DNA from: an uncultured Planctomycetales bacterium
Lineage (GTDB): Bacteria; Omnitrophota; Gorgyraeia; Zapsychrales; Fredricksoniimonadaceae
Direction: 5' to 3'
Assembly: GCA_964483785.1 (NCBI GenBank)
Contig: CAZACW010000004.1
Span: 6,794-70,793 of the forward strand
DNA: 64,000 nucleotides
Positions 48,196 to 58,375 of the stretch are shown here, in pieces. Within the stretch, counting starts at the first letter, position 1; every line of letters starts with the position of its first letter. The notes under the pieces are model-generated. The model was not told where the DNA came from. It saw nothing but the letters and a program-made list of their open reading frames with translations, and made no database searches. The translations under genes and the position numbers were made by a program.

Positions 48196-49290
48196 TTACC
48201 TTGGGAAATGATTGATGGTGCTCAAGGATGAAGAACGGCCATGATGGGACCCAAATTTTCCCAATCCCAATGTCAAGTGCGTGCGCGTCTGAAAACGCAT
48301 AATGTCATTGATCGCCCAGGTGTTCATGTAGGGCTCGCCCATCATGGCATTCATCAGATCAAAGCTGTGGCAGACATGTTCGCGGTAAGGCAATTTGGCA
48401 TGTTTTCGGTGCATTTTATCATACGCTTTCTGATAAAAACCAAGCACCTCGGGCCTAAATAATCCCGTGGCCGGGTCCCAGAGCGTAAACTCAATCCGCT
48501 TATGTTCCGGCAGGCAGAGAAAGGCGTCCCCCCCAAACAGATAATTCGGCGGATGAAGGCTTAAGTCCATCACGCCCGGACTGATCCACTGGATGTCTTC
48601 GTTGGCATACATCATCCGCCGCAGTTCAGGACGTTTGGCCATGCTGAGATAATTTTTCTTGAAGGACGCCACGGTTTCAGGGGTCCAGGGCATGAAGGCC
48701 GCAGGCGTGATGTCGACGTGCGGGATGCCCAATGCTCTTAAAATATCCAGACCCTGCTCCATATGCTCAATTTCATGCGGATGCACCGTCATGGATGATC
48801 CACAGCCGATGCCGGCCTTGAGGCAGGCCTTGATGGTGTCAGCCAGTTTTTGATAGGACGCGGGCTTAAGGCCGCAACGGTGCCGGGCCGTCTGCTCCTG
48901 GCCGCCGTCGATGCCAAACTCCAATGACACCTTCAAACGCGCCAGTTTTTCAATGTCCTCATCATTGATCAAAAGGCCATTGGTCTGGATATGCAGGGAA
49001 ATCCCGGGAAATCGAACGCTGGCCTCTTGCATGATCCTAAAAAGGTTCTCCTTGGCCAGAAAGGCCTCGCCGCCGCTGAAAATCAAGGTGGAGGGCACGG
49101 TTGCTTCCCGCTCAAAGAGCAAAAAAAGCTGCTCGACGGCATCCAAGGAAACTTCCCGCCCCATCATGTGGCGAAAAAAGCAGTAATCGCAATGAAGATT
49201 GCAGCGCTCGGTGACATAGATCCAGGTGGAATTGACCTTGAATTTTTTAAGCGCTTTTTCTGGTGTCGATAAAATATTTGATCTTGCCAT
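48196..49290 (-). CDS. Radical SAM protein (anSME-like core, paralogue of the adjacent gene)
   Basis: CNLHCDYC, SGGEAF, QTNGLL and GIDG; start set at MARSNI. Confidence 0.85.
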   Translation of the reverse strand: MARSNILSTPEKALKKFKVNSTWIYVTERCNLHCDYCFFRHMMGREVSLDAVEQLFLLFEREATVPSTLIFSGGEAFLAKENLFRIMQEASVRFPGISLHIQTNGLLINDEDIEKLARLKVSLEFGIDGGQEQTARHRCGLKPASYQKLADTIKACLKAGIGCGSSMTVHPHEIEHMEQGLDILRALGIPHVDITPAAFMPWTPETVASFKKNYLSMAKRPELRRMMYANEDIQWISPGVMDLSLHPPNYLFGGDAFLCLPEHKRIEFTLWDPATGLFRPEVLGFYQKAYDKMHRKHAKLPYREHVCHSFDLMNAMMGEPYMNTWAINDIMRFQTRTHLTLGLGKFGSHHGRSSSLSTINHFPR

Positions 49291-50413
49291 TTGAGGTCCT
49301 TGGGACTTCCCCGGGATGGGCCCGAAGAAAAACGTGAAAGTTGATCCCCAGCCTTTGCACCAGGGCGGCTTGAACAGCGCTGGCCTTGGGCAGGGTTGCG
49401 CCGGCCACATTGATAATGACTCTATCATAATATTTCAGCGGGTGCTTATCAACCACAAAAAAGAAGCCCGGCTTGCCCAGATAATCATGAACGGCCTTGA
49501 TCAATTCCTGCTTCCAAACGACCGCCCCATTGAGCAATAGGCTCTCCTGGATGCGGCCGAGAACCTTGATGCCCAAGGACCCTTTCTGGCGCACCAGTTC
49601 CACCCTATCACCAAGACGATAACGCAAAAATGGCATGCATGTGTTGTTTAAATCGGTCACCACCAAGTCTCCCTGACCTAAAACGGACGTCTTTCCGGAG
49701 CCGTCCAATACTTCCAACAATAATCCGTCATCAAATACCTTCATATATTCATCTTGCGGCTTGATGGCGACGCTTAAAGCAGAAATTTCATTGGCGCCAT
49801 AATGGTCATGGACCTTGACCCCGGACATATGCTCCATATTCCTGCGGTATTGCGGCCACAATGGTTCGCCGCAAGCCAAGCCTATTTTTAAGGAATGACG
49901 CCGGCCTATCACGGCAAATAAATCATAAAGTTGATTGGCATAGGCGTTGACCATGTTCGGCCTTAACGTTTTGACCATTTGAGCGGCATCCATCGCCTGG
50001 GCCGGTGAAGTGATGGGGCCGAAGGGAATGACGCCGGCACCCGCAGCTTTCAGGCCTGCTTCCATCATGCGCCCCGGGCTATTTAATGCATAGGAGCACA
50101 GGTTTAAGCATAAGATGCCGGGTTTGACGCCGATACTGCGGTAGATCTTGACGAGGCGGCCCAAGTGTGACTCATACGCTTCGCGCGAATGAAGAATCAC
50201 CAGCTTCGAGGCCGTGGAACCTGAAGTGGCTATCATGTTAAAGGGTGCAGACAATCGTTGGGAACCGGCAAAACTTTTAAGCGACTCGCGATGGGAAATA
50301 GGAATGCGCTTAAAATCGTCCCACGATTTTAAGCGCAGGCGATAGCGGGCATCATGCCTGGCCCAGAGGGAACAAAGTTTCAAGACTTTTTTAAAGGACG
50401 TCCGGCTCAACAT
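49247..50413 (-). CDS. Phenylacetate-CoA ligase (PaaK)-like adenylate-forming enzyme
   Basis: TSGST, GEP, YGANE, PFLRYRLGD and NGK motifs; start set at MLSRTS. Confidence 0.82.
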   Translation of the reverse strand: MLSRTSFKKVLKLCSLWARHDARYRLRLKSWDDFKRIPISHRESLKSFAGSQRLSAPFNMIATSGSTASKLVILHSREAYESHLGRLVKIYRSIGVKPGILCLNLCSYALNSPGRMMEAGLKAAGAGVIPFGPITSPAQAMDAAQMVKTLRPNMVNAYANQLYDLFAVIGRRHSLKIGLACGEPLWPQYRRNMEHMSGVKVHDHYGANEISALSVAIKPQDEYMKVFDDGLLLEVLDGSGKTSVLGQGDLVVTDLNNTCMPFLRYRLGDRVELVRQKGSLGIKVLGRIQESLLLNGAVVWKQELIKAVHDYLGKPGFFFVVDKHPLKYYDRVIINVAGATLPKASAVQAALVQRLGINFHVFLRAHPGEVPRTSNGKIKYFIDTRKSA

Positions 50414-50417
50414 AGGT

Positions 50418-51470
50418 TCACAAGCCCGTTTCAGCCGCCTTGCACAGCAGGCAGGGGCGCCACCAGGACTTAGAAACATCCAAGATGGGCTCGAAATCTT
50501 TGCGTTCAGCCGCGATTTCCCCAAAATCCTGGGACATCAAATTCCCGAAATAAAACGGGTCTTGGGCGATGTCCAGGCCATTCACCGCGCGGTAAGGATT
50601 GTAACATCCATAGCAATCTCCATTGCCGTCAATAAATAACACCTGACGGTGCACCTGGCATGTGTAGTGACAGGTTTGGGATGAGGCATCCGATTGGGCC
50701 GGCCCATCAGACAAGCGGTTTAAGCGTTCGATCAATTTTTCCGTCTTTTGGATGAAATCCAAAATATTGGTATGATCCAGCAGGAATTTGTGTTGACGGT
50801 TGATCCGGGCCCAAAGCAGGACCTTCTTCAAGCCATGCAGATCGAACCCAAGATTAGACGGTGTTTTGATATAATTGTACACATATTGATAGGACACATA
50901 AAAACAGCGCTGTTCTGACAAGGCGCTTCCCAGCAATCGGCGCACTTTGAGAGGGAAGGAAAAAGCGTCCTTAACGGATTGTTTGGTCACAACATAATTG
51001 GTCCTTAAATTGATCCCCAAATTTTTTTCAGAAATGGCGCTGACCACATTCTTGACCAAGGCGCTGCAGCGATCAAAGTTGAACCCGGGATAAGGCGAAT
51101 GGATTTTGTGCAATCCTTGCTCATCAACGGCATTCAGGTTCACGGTCAACTGGCGCAGGCAGGGCAAAATCTCAATGATCTCCTTATCCTGAAGGGCGTT
51201 TGACAAGAGTTCGATCTCAAAACCCAGGGCGCGGGCTTTTTTAATGATCCGGGTGAATGCCGGATTGAGCGTCGGTTCGCCCCTGCCCCCTACTTCCAAG
51301 ACCCTAAACCCTTTTTCGAAAGCCTGGGCTATGACCGTGTGCCATTGTTCCTCAGTCATGGTTTCTTTTCGGCTCAACGGCTGGGCCTCTTTGACATAGC
51401 CGTACATGCAGAACCCGCAGCGGTATTGGCAGCCATCATAGAGGGAAACAAGCAGGCGTTTTTCGTTCAT
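50418..51470 (-). CDS. Radical SAM protein with twitch-like C-terminus
   Basis: CQYRCGFC, GEPTLNP and C..DGNGDCYGC..CLLC. Confidence 0.85.
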   Translation of the reverse strand: MNEKRLLVSLYDGCQYRCGFCMYGYVKEAQPLSRKETMTEEQWHTVIAQAFEKGFRVLEVGGRGEPTLNPAFTRIIKKARALGFEIELLSNALQDKEIIEILPCLRQLTVNLNAVDEQGLHKIHSPYPGFNFDRCSALVKNVVSAISEKNLGINLRTNYVVTKQSVKDAFSFPLKVRRLLGSALSEQRCFYVSYQYVYNYIKTPSNLGFDLHGLKKVLLWARINRQHKFLLDHTNILDFIQKTEKLIERLNRLSDGPAQSDASSQTCHYTCQVHRQVLFIDGNGDCYGCYNPYRAVNGLDIAQDPFYFGNLMSQDFGEIAAERKDFEPILDVSKSWWRPCLLCKAAETGL

Positions 51471-51533
51471 GAGCGTCTTGGACTTTTAAACGATTCTGGA
51501 GGAGAGATGGTTTTTATTATAATGCGCCGGGCA

Positions 51534-52895
51534 TTAAAAATCAAAATATATGAACGCCCTGGCCCCGTCGATGGACAGGACCTTGCTTAAAATCATCAGC
51601 CCGATCGACCCAGCGACGATCAGCGCCCCCGGAAGCTTCTTGGCGGCCCTGATCTCTAAAGATAAACGGTCCCAAGGATGGGCCAGGAAAGCCAGGATGA
51701 TCAATAGGACAGGAAATAATGTCATTGAAAATAAAGAAAAGCCCCCCCATTGGGAAAACCCGCCCAGCACATGTTTCAGCTGTCCCCAATCCCTGGACCT
51801 AAAGAGCATCCACGCCAAAGCCACCGCATGAAAGGTGATGAGCTTAGCCAGCCACAAAGGCATTTTAACCGATGGCCATAGGCGGGAAAAAACGCGCTCC
51901 ACGACCAAATAAAGGCCATGGCAAATTCCCCAAAGCACGAACATCCATGAGGCCCCGTGCCAAAGACCGCCTAAGGCCATGGTGACCATGATATTCAAAA
52001 GCCTCCGGCCAAAGCCCCGCCGGTTGCCTCCCAACGGAATATACAGGTAATCCTTGAGCCAACGCGAAAGCGTGATGTGCCATCGCCGCCAAAAATCCCT
52101 GACAGAGCGCGCGGCATACGGCCGGTTGAAATTCAAAGGAAGGCGGATGCCCATCATGAACGCCAGCCCGTAGGCCATATCCACATAGCCGCTGAAATCG
52201 CAATAAATCTGGACGGCAAAACCATAAAAGGTGAATAAACTCTGATAGAAATTCAATGAGTCCTGCGCGCCGTAAAACCTGTCCACGTAAAATCCGATTT
52301 GATCGGCAAACACCATCTTCTTAAGCATCCCGATGGCAAAAAGCGAAAGGCCCAATTTAAAAAACCTCTGTTGAACAGCCAAATGCCCCAATTGGGGCAA
52401 AAGTTCCCTGGCCCGCATAATGGGGCCGGCGATCAGATGGGGAAAGAAAGAGACGAAAACGCAATAGCGCAAGAATCCTTGTTCAGGCTGGATCAGTTTC
52501 TTTCGGACATCGATCAAATACGAAGCAACTGTAAAGGTGATGAAAGAAATCCCGATGGGCAAGGCCCAACGGCCATGGCTGGCCCATTGTTCCGCCCAGC
52601 GATCAGAAACGTTTTGAAGAATGAAAGAAGCATATTTATAAAAAATCAGAGGCGAGAAGACCAGCAGGAGTGTTGCCGCAAATTGCCAACGCGGCATACG
52701 CGGCACTTTAAAAGCGCCATAATAGCTTAAAAGGACAAGGGCAAGCAGCAGGAATATATAGAAAGGGCACCACCAGGCGTAAAAAATACAGCTGGCTAAA
52801 AATACCGCCCCTAACCGCCATGGGGCCGGAACCATGCTCCATAGGAACATGAAGACCGCAAAAAAAATGAGGAAGGTATTGGAATAAAAGAGCAT
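51534..52895 (-). CDS. MBOAT O-acyltransferase (AlgI/DltB-like)
   Basis: PIGISF, FFPHLIAGPI, DFSGY, FWRRWHITLS and GLWHG motifs. Confidence 0.92.
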   Translation of the reverse strand: MLFYSNTFLIFFAVFMFLWSMVPAPWRLGAVFLASCIFYAWWCPFYIFLLLALVLLSYYGAFKVPRMPRWQFAATLLLVFSPLIFYKYASFILQNVSDRWAEQWASHGRWALPIGISFITFTVASYLIDVRKKLIQPEQGFLRYCVFVSFFPHLIAGPIMRARELLPQLGHLAVQQRFFKLGLSLFAIGMLKKMVFADQIGFYVDRFYGAQDSLNFYQSLFTFYGFAVQIYCDFSGYVDMAYGLAFMMGIRLPLNFNRPYAARSVRDFWRRWHITLSRWLKDYLYIPLGGNRRGFGRRLLNIMVTMALGGLWHGASWMFVLWGICHGLYLVVERVFSRLWPSVKMPLWLAKLITFHAVALAWMLFRSRDWGQLKHVLGGFSQWGGFSLFSMTLFPVLLIILAFLAHPWDRLSLEIRAAKKLPGALIVAGSIGLMILSKVLSIDGARAFIYFDF

Positions 52896-52901
52896 GGCTG
52901 A

Positions 52902-53873
52902 TCAATGCCTCGATAAACTTGCTTTCACCGCCGGCCCAATGGCCTCGGCCATGATCTGCAGGCCTTGGGCATTATAATGAGGGTCTGAGGGCATAATCCA
53001 TAATTGCGCTTGAGGGACAAGCTGCAATGACGGGGTAAAATCAACCGTCATCCAGCCCAACCGGCTCCCTAAATTTTTAATCTTGTCATATTCCCTCTTA
53101 TAAGGAAAATCCGCCAAATCGTGGCTGTCCGGCGTGACCGCCAAAATCACCTTAAACCCGTCTTCTTTCGCCATGGCATCCAATCTCTGGAAAGCGGCGA
53201 CCATGTCAAGATATCCCTTGAAATCGTCCTTGTATAAATTCTTGTAATAGCCAATCCGGCCTTTCCTGCTTGCGGTCCCCATTTGAAACATGTCCAGGGC
53301 CTCCACCCATTTAACCGCCAACTCACTGTGCCGCAGTAAAAAATTGCCTCCCTCAGGCCCCAGGACCTTGGCGTCGCTGATGAAAAAATGCACGATCACC
53401 AGATCCGGCTTCAAGGCCCTTAGCCTGGTCTCAAAAAGATGCACATACCGCACCGCATTGTAATTGCCGATGCCGCCGTTAAGGACTTCTGCCTCCCGGC
53501 CCATTTCCTTTTGAAGATCAGCGGGCAGGGTGCTGTTTTCCTCGACCCCCCATCCTAAGGTATTGGAACTGCCCAAAAATAGGACCCTTAAATGATGCCG
53601 CTGTCCCTGCGTCTGGATCTCAGGCCCGCGCAGGCCGAAACTATTGATGCGGACCATGACGCCTTCAAGTTTGGCAGAGCTCCCCGGCCTGTGCACATGA
53701 CCCAACACAGGATCAGGGCTTATCATCTTAAGCAATTTGGCATAGCGCCACATTTCAATGCTGTAGTCTGATTGGTCCAGGTTTTTCAAGCGCAGAAGCC
53801 CCTCGGTGAGGATGAGGGCCGCCAGCAAAACCGCGAAAAAAACCGCCGCTTCTTTAATTAATCTGATAAACAA
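52902..53873 (-). CDS. SGNH/GDSL hydrolase-family protein
   Basis: N-terminal TM, INSFGLRG, FLGSSNTLGWGV and DPHYN motifs. Confidence 0.8.
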   Translation of the reverse strand: MFIRLIKEAAVFFAVLLAALILTEGLLRLKNLDQSDYSIEMWRYAKLLKMISPDPVLGHVHRPGSSAKLEGVMVRINSFGLRGPEIQTQGQRHHLRVLFLGSSNTLGWGVEENSTLPADLQKEMGREAEVLNGGIGNYNAVRYVHLFETRLRALKPDLVIVHFFISDAKVLGPEGGNFLLRHSELAVKWVEALDMFQMGTASRKGRIGYYKNLYKDDFKGYLDMVAAFQRLDAMAKEDGFKVILAVTPDSHDLADFPYKREYDKIKNLGSRLGWMTVDFTPSLQLVPQAQLWIMPSDPHYNAQGLQIMAEAIGPAVKASLSRH

Positions 53874-53985
53874 ATCCGCCCTCCGGGGCGCTCTTTGTCA
53901 TGAGCGTCAGCCATAAGGTCCCGGCGCCCAAAATCAGCACCCCTATGACCCAATAGAGCCAGTATCTTTTTATAAAATCGTTCAT
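53854..53985 (-). CDS. Small membrane protein, DUF5989/SxtK-like
   Basis: Not in the ORF track (43 aa): MNDFIKRYWLYWVIGVLILGAGTLWLTLMTKSAPEGGFVYQIN; ATGA overlap with the upstream gene. Confidence 0.6.
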   Translation of the reverse strand: MNDFIKRYWLYWVIGVLILGAGTLWLTLMTKSAPEGGFVYQIN

Positions 53986-54962
53986 GGCTTCAGCGGGCTT
54001 GGATATAACCCTTTTTTGATAAAATCAAAAGTGAACTCCGCGATCAACTGATGGGCCTTGCCGTTCGGGTGCGGGTCATCCGAAGCCACCCACAAATCTC
54101 CTGGCCTCTCCCATGGGGAAAACATAGAAGTGATATCCAGGACATCGATGCCGTTATTCTTTAAAAAATCCGCCATCATGCGCTGTTCTTGCTTGAAAGG
54201 ATAATGAGCCAAATCATGGAACTCCGGAATGAACACCACTTGCAATAAAATACCGTTCTTGGCACAGATGTCCCTTAACAACAGAAAGGCTTCTTTCGCG
54301 CGCGCAAGTCCCGGCCGGCCCTCCTGGTACAAATCCGCGTAATAAGTTTTATAATTTTTAGCCGGGTCCAGCCGCAATGACCAAGCATGCAGCCTTGACC
54401 AATATAAAGTCAGCAGCTGAGAATAGCCTAAAAACCACCATGATGACTTATGCTGGGTGAGCTGGACACTGTTAATGACAAAAAACATCACCACCTTGTC
54501 CGGATGGTATTGCAACCCTTTTTTAATGAAATGATGGACCTGCTGTTCGGTGGTATAATTGCCTGTCCCGGTATTGATGATCTCCGTCGGATAAATCCTG
54601 CTCAATTCCTTTTCCAGGATATCATGAAAGGTCTCTTCTTCCTTCACCCCCCATCCCAAGGTGAAGGAATCGCCTAAAAACATAATCCTTTTTTGATTGG
54701 TCCTGGCCACTAGACAATCGCGGCCGCGAAACCCGTCCGCATTGGTATGGATCATGACCCCCATCAAACGCGCCGATGCATTCGGCTTATGGACATGGTC
54801 AATGAAAGGGTCCGGGTCATCCTGTTTAAGGCCCATCGCGTATTTTGTCATCTCGACATCATAGACCAAATAATGATTGAGGCAGGCCCTTGTCAGCAGT
54901 TCGAGGGCCAGGAAGCACAAGACAATTGCGATGAACGGCTGGAGGCCTAATTTAGAGAACAT
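53982..54962 (-). CDS. SGNH/GDSL hydrolase-family protein
   Basis: TNADGFRG, FLGDSFTLGWGV and DPHPN..AH motifs. Confidence 0.83.
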   Translation of the reverse strand: MFSKLGLQPFIAIVLCFLALELLTRACLNHYLVYDVEMTKYAMGLKQDDPDPFIDHVHKPNASARLMGVMIHTNADGFRGRDCLVARTNQKRIMFLGDSFTLGWGVKEEETFHDILEKELSRIYPTEIINTGTGNYTTEQQVHHFIKKGLQYHPDKVVMFFVINSVQLTQHKSSWWFLGYSQLLTLYWSRLHAWSLRLDPAKNYKTYYADLYQEGRPGLARAKEAFLLLRDICAKNGILLQVVFIPEFHDLAHYPFKQEQRMMADFLKNNGIDVLDITSMFSPWERPGDLWVASDDPHPNGKAHQLIAEFTFDFIKKGLYPSPLKP

Positions 54963-56056
54963 GGGTTCCCTTCTTGTTTCAACATACGTTCCAAGACCTC
55001 GTTCCTGACATGGCTCTCATCATAGAAATCCTTCTCATCAAGGCCGCAGACCTCCGAATTAAAGGAGCCTTTGATTTTGACATTCAATCTGCGCGCAAGA
55101 GCGCGGAAATCATTCTCGATACCGGCCAGGTCCAGGGCCCCGGGGTTGCGCTGGGGATCCAGAAAATAATGATAAAGTATGGGGTGAAAAGGAGGCACAT
55201 AACAGGTGACCTGCACGTGACGCGAAGTTAAATAACCGACGAATTTCTCTAAAATGTCCTCCAAATTCCGGCTGAACTTCAGCTGCCTCATCAATGGCGA
55301 TGCCGGCCCATGGTCCATGTCCCTCACCGCCGCCCTTCGGCTTTGCGGCACGTCCCTTAGGTAATAGGCCCTGTCCCATAAATACCGGCCATCCTTGAAA
55401 AACATTTTTTCGTCGTTTCTCTGCATCCATCGGTCCACTGCCATTTGAAAACGATGAAAAGACAAAATACGCTGCCATGAGGGCGGAATCAGCGGCCCCC
55501 TGATTTCTTCCCGGCTCACCCCTAAACGGTCCATCATGCCATAGACATCCTGTTTGATGAAGAGCCAATCCGGCGGCATGTCGGGAGAAAGGACCAGTTG
55601 CGCATTGAGAACAAATATAATCTTCTTAGGGAGCATGTTCTTTTGTTCGTACTCCTGGACAAGGCCCATATAATCGGCAAGCACAGCCCCCAATAAAGAA
55701 TGATTCAAGACCTTATCCGGGGCAAAAATGTTCTCGCCGATCCATGACGTATTGCTTGACCCCAGCACCATAATATCAGGAGCAGAGCTTAAATGTTCAA
55801 TCCAATATTTGAAGAGCAGCCGGTCGTTGATGGGACGGTTAAAGGAAACATTAAACCCGTCAGCCAACAGGCTCGCATAACGGCGTTCATCGCTCCCTGC
55901 CGGATCGGCCCCTAAAGGCAAAACCGCCTGAGGATCCATGGCTATGTTCACCGCTGCCACCAACAACAGAACCGGGACAAAGCCAATCAGTTTCATGAAC
56001 AGACGCCTTGCGCTTTGCCTTTCAGAACTGGAAATAGTAAAATGGATTTTGTCCAT
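54947..56056 (-). CDS. Membrane-anchored SGNH-like (DltD/AlgX-type) MBOAT partner
   Basis: N-terminal TM, VLGSS, PPFHP and FYDESH (DxxH); directly follows an MBOAT gene. Confidence 0.6.
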   Translation of the reverse strand: MDKIHFTISSSERQSARRLFMKLIGFVPVLLLVAAVNIAMDPQAVLPLGADPAGSDERRYASLLADGFNVSFNRPINDRLLFKYWIEHLSSAPDIMVLGSSNTSWIGENIFAPDKVLNHSLLGAVLADYMGLVQEYEQKNMLPKKIIFVLNAQLVLSPDMPPDWLFIKQDVYGMMDRLGVSREEIRGPLIPPSWQRILSFHRFQMAVDRWMQRNDEKMFFKDGRYLWDRAYYLRDVPQSRRAAVRDMDHGPASPLMRQLKFSRNLEDILEKFVGYLTSRHVQVTCYVPPFHPILYHYFLDPQRNPGALDLAGIENDFRALARRLNVKIKGSFNSEVCGLDEKDFYDESHVRNEVLERMLKQEGNPCSLN

Positions 56057-57395
56057 GGTCTCCCCAAAACAGGATGCTTAAAACAAGCCCGTAATAGTAC
56101 GCCCATCGCACCCAAGGCCTGTCCTTGGCAAAGATAAAATGCCCGCCGGTATTCTGCAGCAATAATTCTAAAAAGATCAGGGCAATGATCAATTCGATGG
56201 AAAGGACCCACCATTTGATATTAAAACCGAAAGACCTGTAACTCTCTGCCCAGGCACCTTTTCCCCATCCGCGTCCTAAATGGCCTACGATAAAAAGGGC
56301 GTCCGCCATGTCCCTGGCCCTTAAAAAAATGTTGGAAAAGCCGACTAAAGCGAGCGTCAAAAACACCTGGGCTGTCCGGACGAATACACTGCTTTTAAGA
56401 CCGGATTTTCTGCCGGGGCTCATGATCACATATAGTCCGTTGAGCACGCCCCAGACCATCAGCGTCGGGGAGGAGCGCTGCCCCAAGGCGCTGATCACAA
56501 AGACCACAATAATGTTCAAACACCATCGCCATGCAGGACATCGATGACCTCCTAAGGGCAGATAGACATAGTCTTTCAGCCATTGCGCATAGGTGACGCT
56601 CCAGCGCCGCCACCATTCAGCGGCCGAAGTGGAAAACAAGGGGAAATTGAAATTATCCGGCAAGCGAAAACCCAGGACTTTCGCCGCCCCTACAGCCATG
56701 TCGCAATATCCGGAAAAATCGCAATATAACTGCACCATGAAAAACAAGGCCGCCACAATGAATTGGGGCCCTTGATGACTGGGCACATCCCTGAAAACTT
56801 CATCCACCAAGACGGCCAAACGGTCCGCAATGACAACTTTTTTAAACAAGCCCCAGGCCATGAGCTTCAAGCCGTCGGCAATCCTCTGATAATCCACCTC
56901 ATGCCTCTCATGAAATTGAGGGATCAAGCGGTAGGACTTTTCCAAAGGCCCGGCCGCCAGTTGGGGAAAAAACATCACATAAAGGGCATAAATCCCCCCA
57001 TGCCGTTCTGCCCTCTGGCGTCCCCTGTAGACTTCAATGACATAAGAAAGGTTCTGCATCACATGGAAGGTCAGGCCGACCGGTATGATCCAATTGAGCA
57101 TGGACAGATTGAAATATTTGAAAACGAACAAAAAACTGCACGTGAGGATGATGCTTAGGACCAGATACGGCTTGGCGTTGCGATTTTTGAGGCGGGCCCC
57201 TTCGATCCAAAGGCCTGCCCAAAAGTTGATGATGATCATCAAAAGCAGAACCAGCAGATACGGCGGGAAAAACCACATGTAAAAGACGCAGCTGGCGGCC
57301 AGCAGCAGGGCCCAGCGCCAGGGGTGAGGGCACAAAAAATAAGACACGGACACAGCGAAGAAAAAAAACAAAAATGGGGCGGAATTAAAAAACAT
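56022..57395 (-). CDS. MBOAT O-acyltransferase (AlgI-like, divergent)
   Basis: FFPQLAAGP, GLFKKVVIAD, DFSGY and WWRRW motifs; start set at MFFNSAP. Confidence 0.85.
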   Translation of the reverse strand: MFFNSAPFLFFFFAVSVSYFLCPHPWRWALLLAASCVFYMWFFPPYLLVLLLMIIINFWAGLWIEGARLKNRNAKPYLVLSIILTCSFLFVFKYFNLSMLNWIIPVGLTFHVMQNLSYVIEVYRGRQRAERHGGIYALYVMFFPQLAAGPLEKSYRLIPQFHERHEVDYQRIADGLKLMAWGLFKKVVIADRLAVLVDEVFRDVPSHQGPQFIVAALFFMVQLYCDFSGYCDMAVGAAKVLGFRLPDNFNFPLFSTSAAEWWRRWSVTYAQWLKDYVYLPLGGHRCPAWRWCLNIIVVFVISALGQRSSPTLMVWGVLNGLYVIMSPGRKSGLKSSVFVRTAQVFLTLALVGFSNIFLRARDMADALFIVGHLGRGWGKGAWAESYRSFGFNIKWWVLSIELIIALIFLELLLQNTGGHFIFAKDRPWVRWAYYYGLVLSILFWGDHGQNPFYYFQF

Positions 57396-57460
57396 GGGCA
57401 AGCTCCAAGGCCCTGCAGAAATCATGTTCACAAATTTTTGATAATACATTACTATAAGGC

Positions 57461-58375
57461 ATGGTGTTGCCCCCACCAACCATTATTCTTTTTGTGCTCA
57501 TCCTCCTGATAGGCATCTTCACCACCATCACGGACCTCAAAAGCCAGAAAATCTACAATGGCCATCTCCTGGCCGGTGCCATCTTAGGGCTCGGGGCCAT
57601 GATTTACGCCCTCATGTTGCAGGACCGGCAGGTCCTATCCCATGTCATCAACGGCGCGGTTGCTTTTATCCTCGGCTTCTTGCTGCACAGGTCCGCCGTC
57701 TGGAAAGGAGGCGACGCCAAATTATTCACGCTGTACGCCTTCCTCATGCCGGAGCCGGTGTACAATCAAGTCCCTTGCCCGCCGGTCGTAAACCTTTTTG
57801 CCTGTTCTTTTATTTCTGCGATGCTCATCCTCTTCCCATTTTTTATCAAAGATCTCATCATGCACCATCGGGCCATCGTTCTTGACCTGACCCGGCCCGT
57901 CAAGGTCCAGGCCTCCTTCAGGGCCATCGGAAGGACCGTATGCATATCCTGGATGCTCTTCCCGGTCTATTATCTTGCAAGAATGGCCAACCCTGTTATG
58001 ATCTTGACTGTAACCTACCTGATTTTCAACAAAGGCTATTCCGTCAAAAGTGAAGCCAAAAAACATTATATCGTGGATTTTTTAAAAAAGGAGTTCGTCG
58101 GGCTGTCGATCGGCATGGTCCTGGGATTGGGCCTGCGCCTTTGGCTGTCGCCCCATTCCCTGACCTTGCGCTCGCTGGCTGTGTTCTTGGCCATGATCAG
58201 CGTCTCAACGGCCATCTCGACGTGCATTCATACCGCCTTGCAGCATTTTAAGAATTACCATGAGCGCGTATCTTTTGCCCCCCTCCTTTTGTTCGGATGC
58301 TTGTTAAGTTATACCCCTTTCTTGACAATATTGACGCATTGGACTGCCCAATGGAACGTCCTCCTTTACCATTAG
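57461..58375 (+). CDS. A24-family prepilin peptidase (TadV/CpaA/FlaK-like)
   Basis: Polytopic membrane protein with both catalytic Asp motifs, ITDLKSQKIYN and GGDAKL; C-terminal SFAP. Confidence 0.82.
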   Translation: MVLPPPTIILFVLILLIGIFTTITDLKSQKIYNGHLLAGAILGLGAMIYALMLQDRQVLSHVINGAVAFILGFLLHRSAVWKGGDAKLFTLYAFLMPEPVYNQVPCPPVVNLFACSFISAMLILFPFFIKDLIMHHRAIVLDLTRPVKVQASFRAIGRTVCISWMLFPVYYLARMANPVMILTVTYLIFNKGYSVKSEAKKHYIVDFLKKEFVGLSIGMVLGLGLRLWLSPHSLTLRSLAVFLAMISVSTAISTCIHTALQHFKNYHERVSFAPLLLFGCLLSYTPFLTILTHWTAQWNVLLYH

